From: Octopus sinensis
Lineage: Eukaryota
Assembly: GCF_006345805.1 (NCBI RefSeq)
Contig: NC_043004.1
Span: 8,494,001 to 8,558,000 of the forward strand
Length of the DNA stretch: 64,000 nt
Reading direction: 5' to 3'
In this document: positions 52,641-64,000 of the stretch, piece by piece
Position numbering within the stretch: position 1 is the stretch's first letter
Layout: every line of letters starts with the position of its first letter
Notes under the pieces: generated by a model
What the model was told of the DNA's origin: nothing
The model's database searches: none
What the model saw: the letters and a program-made list of their open reading frames with translations, nothing else
Translations under genes and position numbers: made by a program

Positions 52641-53391
52641 ATAGATAAATAGATAGATAGTTCACTGATTAAACAAAAAATAATTATAAAAAAATACATA
52701 TTAATATGTCTATATGTGTGCGAATATATATATATATATATATAAATTTATAAACATATGTGTGCGTCTGCGTGTGTGTAAAGAGGGGGAAAGGAGATGC
52801 AAACTTGATAAAATAACATCTTGTATCGTATTTCTCGATGGCGAGGCTTTGAGAAATAAAAGGCAAAATTCCTGGTAGACAGAAGCCGCAGGGTTGCTCA
52901 AGGTTAATGAATCGTATCGAATTTAATCAGGACCTTGTATCTAAATTGATTCTGACGTTAAAATGGGAAGAGTTGTGACTCACTGTTAATTCTTAAATTG
53001 AAAATATATTACATGAGCCGATGATGTTTCGATGTAGCCTTAACAGGGATTATCAACACAAACTGTAGAAGAAGAATGTATGTATGTGTGTATATATGCA
53101 TGTATGCGTGTATGTGAGTGTATGTATGTATGTATAGTCTATGTATGTATGTATGTATGTATGTATGTATGTATGTATGTATACATGTATGCATGCATGC
53201 GGGTATGTATGTATGTGTGTGCATGTATGTATGTGTGCGTGTATGTATGCATGTATGTGTGTGTGCATGTATGCATATATTTGTGTATATATATGTGCAT
53301 ATATTCATGTATGTATGTGCGTGCTTACGTAGTATGTATGTATGTATGCGTGTATGCATGTGTTAATATATCTGTGTCTATATATGTGTGT

Positions 53392-53437
<46 letters not shown>

Positions 53438-53727
53438 TACGTATATGCTGAAGGTGCCGAATTGACCGAGTCGTTTCCAAATCGCATAGAGGTGCCACGT
53501 GGTATATATCGCAAGTGTCTGAGCTGTGAGATCAAATCACGGCCTGGTCAAATTTGTCTTTTGCTTGGACATCATTTGTCTGGTGGAGTAGTGTGACTTT
53601 CATGCAGGAATGGCTGTTTGTCTTCTGCACACAAAATGTCCCTGAAAATTAAGGACACCAGATACTCACCGAACTCTCACTATAAATAAACATCAGCAAC
53701 CCATCCCCAGAGATATACATACATACA

Positions 53728-53763
<36 letters not shown>

Positions 53764-53774
53764 TATAATATATA

Positions 53775-53830
<56 letters not shown>

Positions 53831-54883
53831 GGGTGTGTATGATTGTGTATAGAAGAATATTTTACTTAAAGAAATTCCAACTTTGATTTTCACATTTTAT
53901 TTACAATCTTATTAAAATATAATTGGTGGCATTGTGCCAACATTAGAAAAGCTATTATTCGAAGCCCTGATAGTAGTTCAGGTAGATTACTGAAATGACG
54001 CGTGATGCTGTGTACCCTGTCTTCGGAATTACCTTGTATCTGTGTTCAAAATACTTAAATCTAAAATGGCGAATATATCCAACAGAATAAAAAAATACAT
54101 GGCTTTTGACATTAAGTTTTTTGTGACAAACGAAGGGCGCAGAGAAATAATTAGAAAAGCTTAAGTTTACATAATTGTGGCTCAACAGACACACATTTCT
54201 CAACGAAACCACTTAAAATTCAAGATGTCCATTGATACATAAATAACAAAAAATATTCTGTTGTGTCTGTTGTGTCTGGAGAATCAAGACTATTGAAAAG
54301 GTTGCAAGACACAACGAAAATTTTAGGAAAATAAAAATAAGAAATAAGTGGAAATTTTACCGGTGAGTGTGTTACATTATAAGGCACAAAAAGAAAATGA
54401 CTCTCCCCAGACACAACAGAATATGCTTCAACACACGAACTCATATAAAGAATCTTGCAAATCAAATCCAAAAACGAAATAACAAAAAATAGCTTTAGTA
54501 TTATTGCAGGGTTCCGAATCAAAGCAACAGATTAACAGAACATAAGTTAATTTCAACTGATAGGGAAAAGATGAGGTTACTTTTGTAACAAGAAGTCTAA
54601 ACATAGTGGGAAAAAAATGTTTTGATTTCTCATGTAATGTAAAGTACAACTTGTAATCTTAATTTCAGCGCTCAAATGGAGAAATTGGTAGTTAAAGAGA
54701 TATACTGTCTCTCCTAAACTGTAGCTGATGGCAAGACTGATGTTACGTTTGGAATTAGTATCCTAAATTTACAGGAGAACAGATCCTAGTTTCAAGGTTG
54801 CAAGATTGTTTGTTTGTTGCGGAGTGGCAGCACTGTTAGGAAACAATGTTTAAAATTTTACAATCTTTTCTTATATAAAACGG

Positions 54884-55735
54884 ATTGCCACAGTTTCAAC
54901 ACGTTCGTAAACAACGACCACAACTTCAACAAGGTATTTAGCGGATATGTTTTTGACGCCGAAAAGATGAAAAGGTGACTGTTGTGCCCTTTTTTTGAAA
55001 AATGACGACTGCTTAAAACGTCAGAAATCATCTCAACCAAATGTACGATTTTAATAGACTTACTGAAATGAGTTGCTCGTTAATACATCAGTAACTTACG
55101 GAAGGCTACGTTCTGCTTCGAAAGTTTCCGAGAAATGCGTTCATCAGAGTTGTCTCCCGCAGTTGTCGATGGAAAAGTTCCGACGTTTCGAGCAGAAGTC
55201 CTTTAACTGCCTAATTTTTAATTGTTTAAGTGTATTATGTATGCATGCATGTATGTATGCATGCATGCATGTATGTATGTATGTATGCATGCATGTATGT
55301 ATGTATGCATGCATGTATGTATTTATGTATGTATGCATGTATGTATGCATGTATGTATGTAAGCATGCATGCATGTATGTATGCATGTATGTATGTATGT
55401 ATGTGTGTATGTATGCATGCATGCATGCATGTATGTATGTAAGTATGCATGCATGCATGCATGTATGTTCGGGGTAGACAACTCTGGTAAACATATTTCT
55501 TGGAAGCTTTCAAAGCTGGAAGTAGGCCTCCGTAACTTGCTGAAGTATTAACGCGTAACCCATTTCAATAAGTCTTTTAGAATCATAAAGTGGCCGAGAT
55601 GTTTTCTGACGTTTCAAGCAGTCGTCAGTTTTCAAAGGACTCAACATTCAACTGCTTCATCTTTTCGCCATCAAAGACAACTTTACCCAAATAACTTGTT
55701 GCAGTTGTTTACGACGGTGTCCAAGCTGTGACAAT
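54884..55735. mobile_element. Old fold-back/MITE-like element with ~275-bp diverged inverted arms (54884-55160 / 55470-55735) around a (TGCA/TGTA)n tract
   Basis: Arms align as reverse complements along their length, e.g. TGACGACTGCTTAAAACGTCAGAAA vs TTTCTGACGTTTCAAGCAGTCGTCA, with many mismatches. Confidence 0.8.
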
Positions 55736-56098
55736 CAATTGTTCCAGGTCCAGTGTATCTAGGACTGAATTAATTTATCCAATAAATTATTTTCCTTTGT
55801 TAGATGTGGTTGGAAGATAATTAGGCTGTTCTTTCATGCAAATTTATTGACTTTTTGTCTCGTTTACATAACATTTTCTGGGTTGACGTTGAAGATTAAT
55901 TACACGAGATGTTTTATATTTTATTTAAAATCCTTGGATTGAGACATTTTATGAAATGACACAGACTCGCAACAAATAAATCATGACACTCCTGTCTGGC
56001 AGCACACAACCATTGACAAATGTTCCAAAAAATATTTTCGAATAAAAAAAAGGAAAATTAATCGAATCATTAAAAGAAAAAATAAATAGAAAAATCAA

Positions 56099-56162
<64 letters not shown>

Positions 56163-56539
56163 TAATAATAATAAAAACACATTAACATATTTTTTTTCAA
56201 ACCAAACAAAAAAAATTGTTGGTTCTCCACTGCAGCGACAACAGAAACAAAAATGATTGAATGGACGACAAACACTTCATCATTTGTGACGTCCTTGCTC
56301 TCCCTCCCTCTCCCTTCTTCTCTCTCCCGCCCTCTCTTTCTCTTTCTCTCTCTCTCCCACTATAGCCCTCCCCTTCTCTCTCTCTCTCTCTCTCCCCGTC
56401 GCTTTCTTCATCGCTTGCATCATCTCCATGAAACCTTTCTTTCTCTGCTCTTTTAACCCTCCATCCTTTGGCCCCTCTCCTCCTTTCTCTCCTCATTCAT
56501 TTACCGTCCATGCACTAAAACCTCTCCTCTCCCCTTCTT

Positions 56540-56902
56540 CTCTACTACTACTGCTACTACTACTACTACTATACTACTACTATTACTATTACTACAACTA
56601 CTACTACTACTACAAGTACTATTGCTCGGACTAATACGACTGCTGCTACCAACACCGCCGCCACCACCACCACCACCACCACCACTACCACCAATACTAC
56701 TACCACCACCATCACCACTACTACTACTACTACAACAACTACTGCTGCTGCTACTACTACTACTACTACTACAACAACTACTGCTGCTGCTACTACTACT
56801 ACTACTACTACAACAACTACTGCTGCTGCTACTACTACTACTACTACTACTACTACTAAAACCACCACCATCACCACCACCACCACCACCACCACCACCA
56901 CC

Positions 56903-56995
<93 letters not shown>

Positions 56996-57000
56996 TCTTC
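56540..57000. repeat. Compound trinucleotide array (CTA/CCA/CTG/CAA)
   Basis: Read directly; produces the poly-S/G/V/L/P ORFs. Confidence 0.97.
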
Positions 57001-58418
57001 TGCCATACACCCTTCCCTGTTCTTCTCCACACTGACCCCATCTTTAAATCTTTATTATTTCTTCCACATCATCTGTTCTTTGTTGTTGTTGTTGTTGCTG
57101 TTGCAGATATCCTTTTTCCTTTTTCCTCGCTTTTCTCTCCTCCTCCTCCCCATCATTCAATTTTAAACAGACACCAATCCCTACTTACATCTGTTCCCCC
57201 CTATTATTCGGTCTGCTCTTTGTTCATTCTTTTCAAATATTTCTAAATCACCAACGTCGTCACCCTCACCACCACCACCCACCACAACCACTACCACCAC
57301 CGTCGTCATCATCATCATCATCATCATAATCGCCATCTTGCTGTGATGTTGATCTTTCTCTTCTTACACTTCGTCATCAACCATCAGCTTCGTCGTAATA
57401 AACACGAATGCCACAGCCGTCAGCACAACCAGAACTACCACCACCACCACCACCACCACCACCACCGCAACAACCCTAAAAGTCAATAGAACCATTCCCG
57501 TTACCAGAAATATCATAACCAGCACCAGCAACGTCGTCACCAAAACTGGTTCCAATAATGTTTCTCATATTTGCACAATGACACTCGATGGATCGCGGCA
57601 CTATGGCACATTGGTTCGTTTGCCAAGCAGCACAATGGCACATTGGTTCGTTTGCCAAGCGGCACAATTATGGCGTTACATTAATCCAACAGCTCAGTGT
57701 TGATACATTTGTTAAGTCTTTTGTTTTTGTTTAGTCTAAAAGGAATTCCTGTGCCCTTAACCTTTTCAGTATCTCTAGAATATAAAGAAATTAGAGGAAA
57801 GTATGGTCAAATAGAGAACTTGGACGATATTGTCAAATGAGAAAAACGCCGAAACAGGGTCGTGGGGCGTTCAAACGGGCGATGAATTAACTCTAAAACT
57901 TGTGGCCCATTGACACGACGTCAGAGTATTACACCGGCGCATGACTGCAAGGACACATTGCATCCATTAGCACCTTGCAACTTAGCACATTGCCAGAGTG
58001 CCATCGAATTGTTCTGTCGGCCCTGTGGCACATTGACATAGGCGACAGAGAGTCACATTGACACATTGGTGATGTAGCAGATTAGCACAATGGTTCATCG
58101 GCGTATTGCTACGATGACTCATTTTTACAACGGAAGTTGGTGGGAGTTGGTGGCGATCTGCACCAGGCAGAATTATATCGGGCAGTTGGTGAGTTTGCTA
58201 TGAAGGTGTCATGTTTCAAGACTATTGCTTCGTCAGAGACATTCAGACAGACAGACAAACAAAAATCCCTTATTGCTGTTGTTGAAATTCCAATGAAGGA
58301 GCTTTGAATCTACGTTAGAAACCGGTCTTTCTTCTCTATTGGCAAGAAATATTGAAATAAATTCAGTAATGACATACATACACACTCACACAAACACACA
58401 CACACACGTATACTTACA

Positions 58419-58467
<49 letters not shown>

Positions 58468-58745
58468 TATATATACTATATGCAATTTAGGGAGAGAGAT
58501 CGTGAGAGAGAGAGGTGGAGAGAAAGGGGGAGATAGGTAGATAGATTGACAGAAAGATAGACAGACAGTGCCAAGGATTTGAAAAAAAGAGAAGACGCAA
58601 TATAACTTGGAGAGAGAGAGAAACGTGAGGTTTTACCGAATAAACATATCAACACACTTGAGGAACAGAAATGATTTCGACAGAAAAAACAGACAGACAC
58701 AGTGTGTGTGTGTGTGTGAGTATTTGTCTACGTGAGAGAGAGAGT

Positions 58746-58785
<40 letters not shown>

Positions 58786-58895
58786 AAGAGAGAGATAAAG
58801 AAAGAGAGGATAGATGAGAGACAAAGTCAGGTCAAAAGGACAAGAAGAAAATAAATGAAAGAACGTGAAACAAGAAAATGCGAAATAGGCGTCAG

Positions 58896-58951
<56 letters not shown>

Positions 58952-59358
58952 TAGACATATACATGTGTATGTGTGTGTGTGTGTATTCGTGTACATGTAA
59001 TCAATCATATATTCCATGTAGGTTACGACATCCTGACAAATAGAAGCGTCTGTTTCCGTCAAAATATAATTATAAAATAAAGAAAGAAAATTAAGTGATC
59101 ACATGACTAAACAGGGACACAAATGTTTTTGCATATTTAAGTGTTGTGTTTAAGAAAGGAACAAAATAAATTTATGCGCCATTAATATCTCTATTCTAGC
59201 GTTTGCTTCTTTGATCTGTCAATCAATTCTAGATGTTTTCAACAAAGATTAGGCACAATTAAAGAATGTTAGAGATTTTTTATCTCTATTCAGCTGCTAC
59301 CCACAAGATTGTTCAATGCATTGCATATACGTAAACAATATATACATATATACATACA

Positions 59359-59462
<104 letters not shown>

Positions 59463-59518
59463 GTGTGTGTGTGTATGTGTATGTGTATGTATGTATGTAT
59501 GTATGTATGTATGTAGTG

Positions 59519-59564
<46 letters not shown>

Positions 59565-60288
59565 CAGGGTGTATGTGGTAAACTTTTGCCATTTTACATT
59601 TTTTATTTTGTGTATGAGTATTTCTTGATTTTGATTTTGTCGACTAGACAGTATAGTAGAGTCAGTTAGGCACTGTCTGTGAAAAAAGCAGCACCATAAC
59701 GCAATAAATGTACCGATATTGATAAAAACCAAACATCCAGTCAACATCATGGTGTTTGGAGTGATCACTAGTGATGGCGATGTTATGTCTCCATTCACCT
59801 TCTCACACGGCCTCACACTCAGCGCGGAGGCCTACATCAAGAGCCTAGAGGAGGTAGTGCTGCGCTGGGTGGTGACTCTGCACCATGCCACAGAAGCAGG
59901 AGAACCCAGTCATGGCTATCAGACAATTTCTGCGACCACATCATCCCTAACATCTGGCCACCTCACTTCCCATACTGCAACCCCCTTGATTATTATGTGT
60001 AGGGCGCAGTTGAGCGAGAGATCAACAACACTACTTGTACCACCAAAGATGAACTGAAGGCAAGGATTATGGTGGCATGTACATCTTAAACCGTCCAGAA
60101 TAGTTGCAGGAGATTCCGAAGTCACCTTCAGGCCGGAGTAGAAGTCAAAGGCGATTTTATTGAACAAATTTGCTATTTAGTATTTCAAGATATTTTAAAG
60201 TAATTTTAGTAAATATATCTGTTAAAATGAGATGCCAATGTTATTTTAATTTTTTACGTAATTTAGACAACGGTTTATTCACCACAAC

Positions 60289-60290
<2 letters not shown>
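59565..60290 (+). mobile_element. maT-type (DD37D) Tc1/mariner transposon, internally deleted
   Basis: TA-CAGGGTG left end; KHPVNIMVFGVITSDGDVM; DSAPCH followed 37 residues later by CNPLDYYV. The first catalytic D region is missing. Confidence 0.85.
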
Positions 60291-60340
<50 letters not shown>

Positions 60341-60689
60341 TGTTGTGTGTGTGTGTGTGTGGTGTATAAATAAATTCATGAATCGTGGTTTCTTGACATG
60401 AATCCCGATGACCTTACGTATATCTTCACGGCCTATTAAAGGAAGCTCAATCCTTAAATCGGTCCGGGGCACCCCAAAAAGTAACCAACTCTCAGCCCTC
60501 TTGAATGTTTGAGAATATCCTCCCTCGGAGTGGGGACGAGAGATGCCTTGATTCACCTTGCAAAATCTCTCTCGTTACACTTATAGTTGCTTTATTACGT
60601 TTCCCAGAGCCTTCTAAATCTGGTTACCCGGTTTCCATGGCGTGTAATAATACAAAATCACTGAACTGGATGCTGGTCCGTTGAAGGGT

Positions 60690-60830
60690 CACTCATTTAC
60701 TGTCGAATGGACTGGAGCAATGTGAAATGAATTGTTATGTTCAATACAAAACATTGCCCTATCCAGGAATCGAAACTGCGTCCTTATGATCGTAAGTACA
60801 AGAGCGAAACTACTAAGCCACGTGCCTCCA
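60690..60830 (-). mobile_element. SINE family D-related, diverged copy
   Basis: Reverse complement starts GTGGAGGCACGTGGCTTAGTAG and has B-box GTTTCGATTCC. Confidence 0.7.
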
Positions 60831-60899
60831 CTTCTCGTTGTGTCGGGGCAGGTCATTTTTTTCTAATTTGACTGATTAATTAAAGTAAACATAGATATA

Positions 60900-60957
<58 letters not shown>

Positions 60958-61057
60958 TGGAAGGTTTGGAGATGATGTACGGGTATTTTATATTATATAT
61001 TAGAAGAAATGAGGTACTCAGAAGTTCGGTTGGTTTTATATTTACAGATATTTATTG

Positions 61058-61106
<49 letters not shown>

Positions 61107-61301
61107 ACATATGAACTAAGTAGGATTTCTCAGTGTTGTCATTTGCCCTATTCATTCTCACTACTCAATCTCTTGACGGTCTTAAAAAGAAACACTGGAT
61201 AATGTAGCCCTAGATACACTCTGACATACCGCGTCTATCACTACTCCTACCATCACCATAAGAATACCGTTATTCATAACCCTATTGTTTTTTCCTAATA
61301 G

Positions 61302-61348
61302 ATCTTCTCGATCAGAACTCACGAGGCGCTAAACCGCCACAGCAGCAG
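61302..61348 (+). other. Candidate 47-nt internal exon
   Basis: Acceptor CCTATTGTTTTTTCCTAATAG| and donor CAG|GTAAGA. Two frames are open (LLDQNSRGAKPPQQQ; IFSIRTHEALNRHSS). No homology recognised. Confidence 0.38.
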
Positions 61349-61854
61349 GTAAGAGTTTTAAGTTATGTTAGGGGAACAATTGCTGTAAGCCAAGGAAAAC
61401 AAATCGTCTTCGACACCCCCACCTCATTTATTGCTTGGCATATATACCTGCCAACGTTTCTGATATATACGCAGGTTGACCTCTTCAATCATCTACGCAT
61501 CAATCTCACTGACAGTTCTGTGTTAAAGTGACAATTGGCAAAGACTACTAGATATTTGAAGACAATGCACCAATGAAAAATGTAAATTCGGTGTCATATT
61601 AAGGATTGAATGTACAACACCAGTCATAATCCTTATTTGTTTGGTTCCAAAAGTAATTCAAATGTATTGCTTAATGTCAAATTTTCAGAAGACAGAGACA
61701 GTTGGTGGGAAACAACAGTTCCGTTGCAGCCATCAACGCTTCCCATATGTCACCAGATTATGTTCCCCAACACAACTGAAATCGAGTGACTGAAAACAGT
61801 GAAGATCTTATTAGAATAAAATGAAATGAAGATATTCACATGTAGTTATGTATG

Positions 61855-61863
61855 CATGAATGA

Positions 61864-61896
<33 letters not shown>

Positions 61897-62088
61897 TGTG
61901 TATGTATGTATGTATGTATGTATGTATGTATGAATGTATGAGTGTGTGTATGTATGTATGTATGTATGTATGTATGTATGTATGCATGTATGTATGTATG
62001 TATGAATGTATGTATGTATGTATGCCAGTGTATATATGTATATATATGTTTGTATGTATGTACGTGTATATGAATATATGTATGTATA

Positions 62089-62124
<36 letters not shown>

Positions 62125-62422
62125 TGTATGTATGTATGTATGTATGTGTGTGTGTATGTATGTATCTGTATATATATGTATGTATGTGTGTGTATGTATG
62201 TATGTATATATATATGTATGCATGCATGTATGCATGTATGTCTGCATGTAAGTATGTAGGTGTATATATATGTATGTATGTTTGTATGTATGTATGTATG
62301 TATGTATGTATGTATGTAGGTATGTATGTATGTGTATGTATGTGTATGTATATATGTATGTATATATGTATGTATGTATGCATGTATGTATGTGTATATG
62401 TATATATGTATGTATATATGTG

Positions 62423-62458
<36 letters not shown>

Positions 62459-62811
62459 TGTATGTATGTATGTATGTATGTATGTATGTATGTATGTGTG
62501 TGTGTATGTATGTATCTGTATATATATGTATGTATGTGTGTGTATGTATGTATGTATATATATATGTATGTATGCATGTATGTATTATGCATATATGCAT
62601 GTATGTCTGCATGTAAGTATGTAGGTGTATATATATGTATGTATGTTTGTATGTATGTATGTATGTATGTAGGTATGTATGTATGTGTATGTATGTGTAT
62701 GTATATATGTATGTATGTATATATGTATGTATGTATGCATGTATGTATGTGTATATGTATATATGTATGTATATATGTGTATATATATGTATGTATGTAT
62801 GTATATATGTG

Positions 62812-62845
<34 letters not shown>

Positions 62846-63161
62846 TGTATGTATGTATATGTATGTATGTATGGTATGTATGTATGTATGTATATATGTA
62901 TGTATATATATGTATGTATGTGTATGTATGTGTATGTATATATATATGTATGTATGCATGTATGTATTATGCATATATGCATGTATGTCTGCATGTAAGT
63001 ATGTAGGTGTATATATATGTATGTATGTTTGTATGTATGTATGTATGTATGTAGGTATGTATGTATGTGTATGTATGTGTATGTATATATGTATGTATGT
63101 ATATATGTATGTATGTATGCATGTATGTATGTGTATATGTATATATGTATGTATATATGTG

Positions 63162-63192
<31 letters not shown>

Positions 63193-63285
63193 GTATTTGT
63201 ATGTATGTATGTGTATATATATGTATGTATGTTTGTATGTATGTATGTATGTATGTATGTATGTATGTGTATATATACGTATGTA
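61855..63285. repeat. 1.4-kb (TATG)n-derived array with ~350-380 bp higher-order period
   Basis: Rare variant string GTCTGCATGTAAGTATGTAGGTG recurs at about 62240, 62605 and 62985. Confidence 0.93.
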
Positions 63286-64000
63286 TGAACTTATCTTTCT
63301 CTTTTTTAATTTAAAGTAACTTTTGACCTGCTTCAAAGCAAGGTTGTGAAGGAAAGCCTCTTCTTTTAACCGTCGTCCTTTAACTCATAAGAAGGTTTTT
63401 GCAGACTTTTATACTTCTAAATTTCATGATCATTTATGGTGTATGAATTAAAGATTTATGTTCTCTCCCCAAGATCTCAAGTTAGCCATGTTGTTGCTCC
63501 AATAATAATGAGTATGAAGCTGAAAGCTTTGCCCGAGGCGTGGTAACGATTCGGTCAGCTGGTCACCATAACGCAAGTGTATATAATATTCAATATGTAT
63601 GCAACCCAGCGTGCTTTGTTTATATATTATTCCGTGTATACTACGTCGCATTATTTTTACTTTGCCTATATATTTATAATTGTGAGTTCACGCATGCGTG
63701 TACAGTATGTGTGTGAGTGTGAATACATTATAACATTGGTGAGACGGGGGGAAAAGCATGTCTACTTCTACCAAGATTTGTTTTGCATATAATCTTACTT
63801 AAATAGCCACAAGATTTCTCATTCGTCTTTGATTACCGTCGAATGACGATAAGCGTTGTCTGTGCAGTCAGGACGAAGCCTTTGGTTCATTTCGGTGAAA
63901 GACCGAAGTCAAGTAAGCGAGAAAGATAAACAGGATCCATGCAACGAAAGCATAAACTGTTGAAAGGATTTTCGGCTATTAGGGCGATGAGCACAAACAT

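Noticed and set aside
56501-57035. Gly/Ser/Pro/Leu-rich ORFs
   Set aside because: Trinucleotide repeat translations.
60275-60556. Minus-strand 93-aa ORF with a protein-like first half
   Set aside because: No recognisable motif, weak acceptor, and it runs into (CA)n; insufficient evidence.
61811-63336. ORFs up to 496 aa rich in H/T/Y/I or M/Y/V/C
   Set aside because: The TATG/TACA repeat lacks stop codons in most frames; not genes, and not a CRISPR-like repeat-spacer array.

Overview
Eukaryotic, AT-rich, repeat-saturated DNA. It is most likely from a coleoid cephalopod (Octopus-like); this is an inference from the SINE families and the extreme (TA)n/(CA)n/(TACA)n/(TAA)n microsatellite load. 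No recognisable host gene, rRNA, true tRNA or CRISPR array is present, and almost every ORF in the supplied track is a translated microsatellite or an antisense frame. The window holds decayed transposons: R4/Dong-type RLE LINE pieces, a CR1-like LINE, a Tx1/L1-like LINE, a Penelope-like RT + GIY-YIG relic, a full-length but inactivated Tc1 with TIRs, mariner and maT fragments, a Helitron helicase fragment and at least four tRNA-derived SINE families. The most interesting layer is RNA/DNA structure. Three type I hammerhead ribozyme motifs have complete catalytic cores (34310-34419 is textbook: GUC triplet, palindromic helix III), and more than a dozen further loci carry decayed or variant motifs. 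Several fold-back structures sit against (TA)n arrays: a perfect 139-bp palindrome, a 90-bp inverted repeat, and a five-arm alternating inverted array at 29.3-30.7 kb. A few plus-strand candidate exons with good splice signals were seen, one able to start an MGCC (lipid-anchor-like) peptide, but these are unvalidated.
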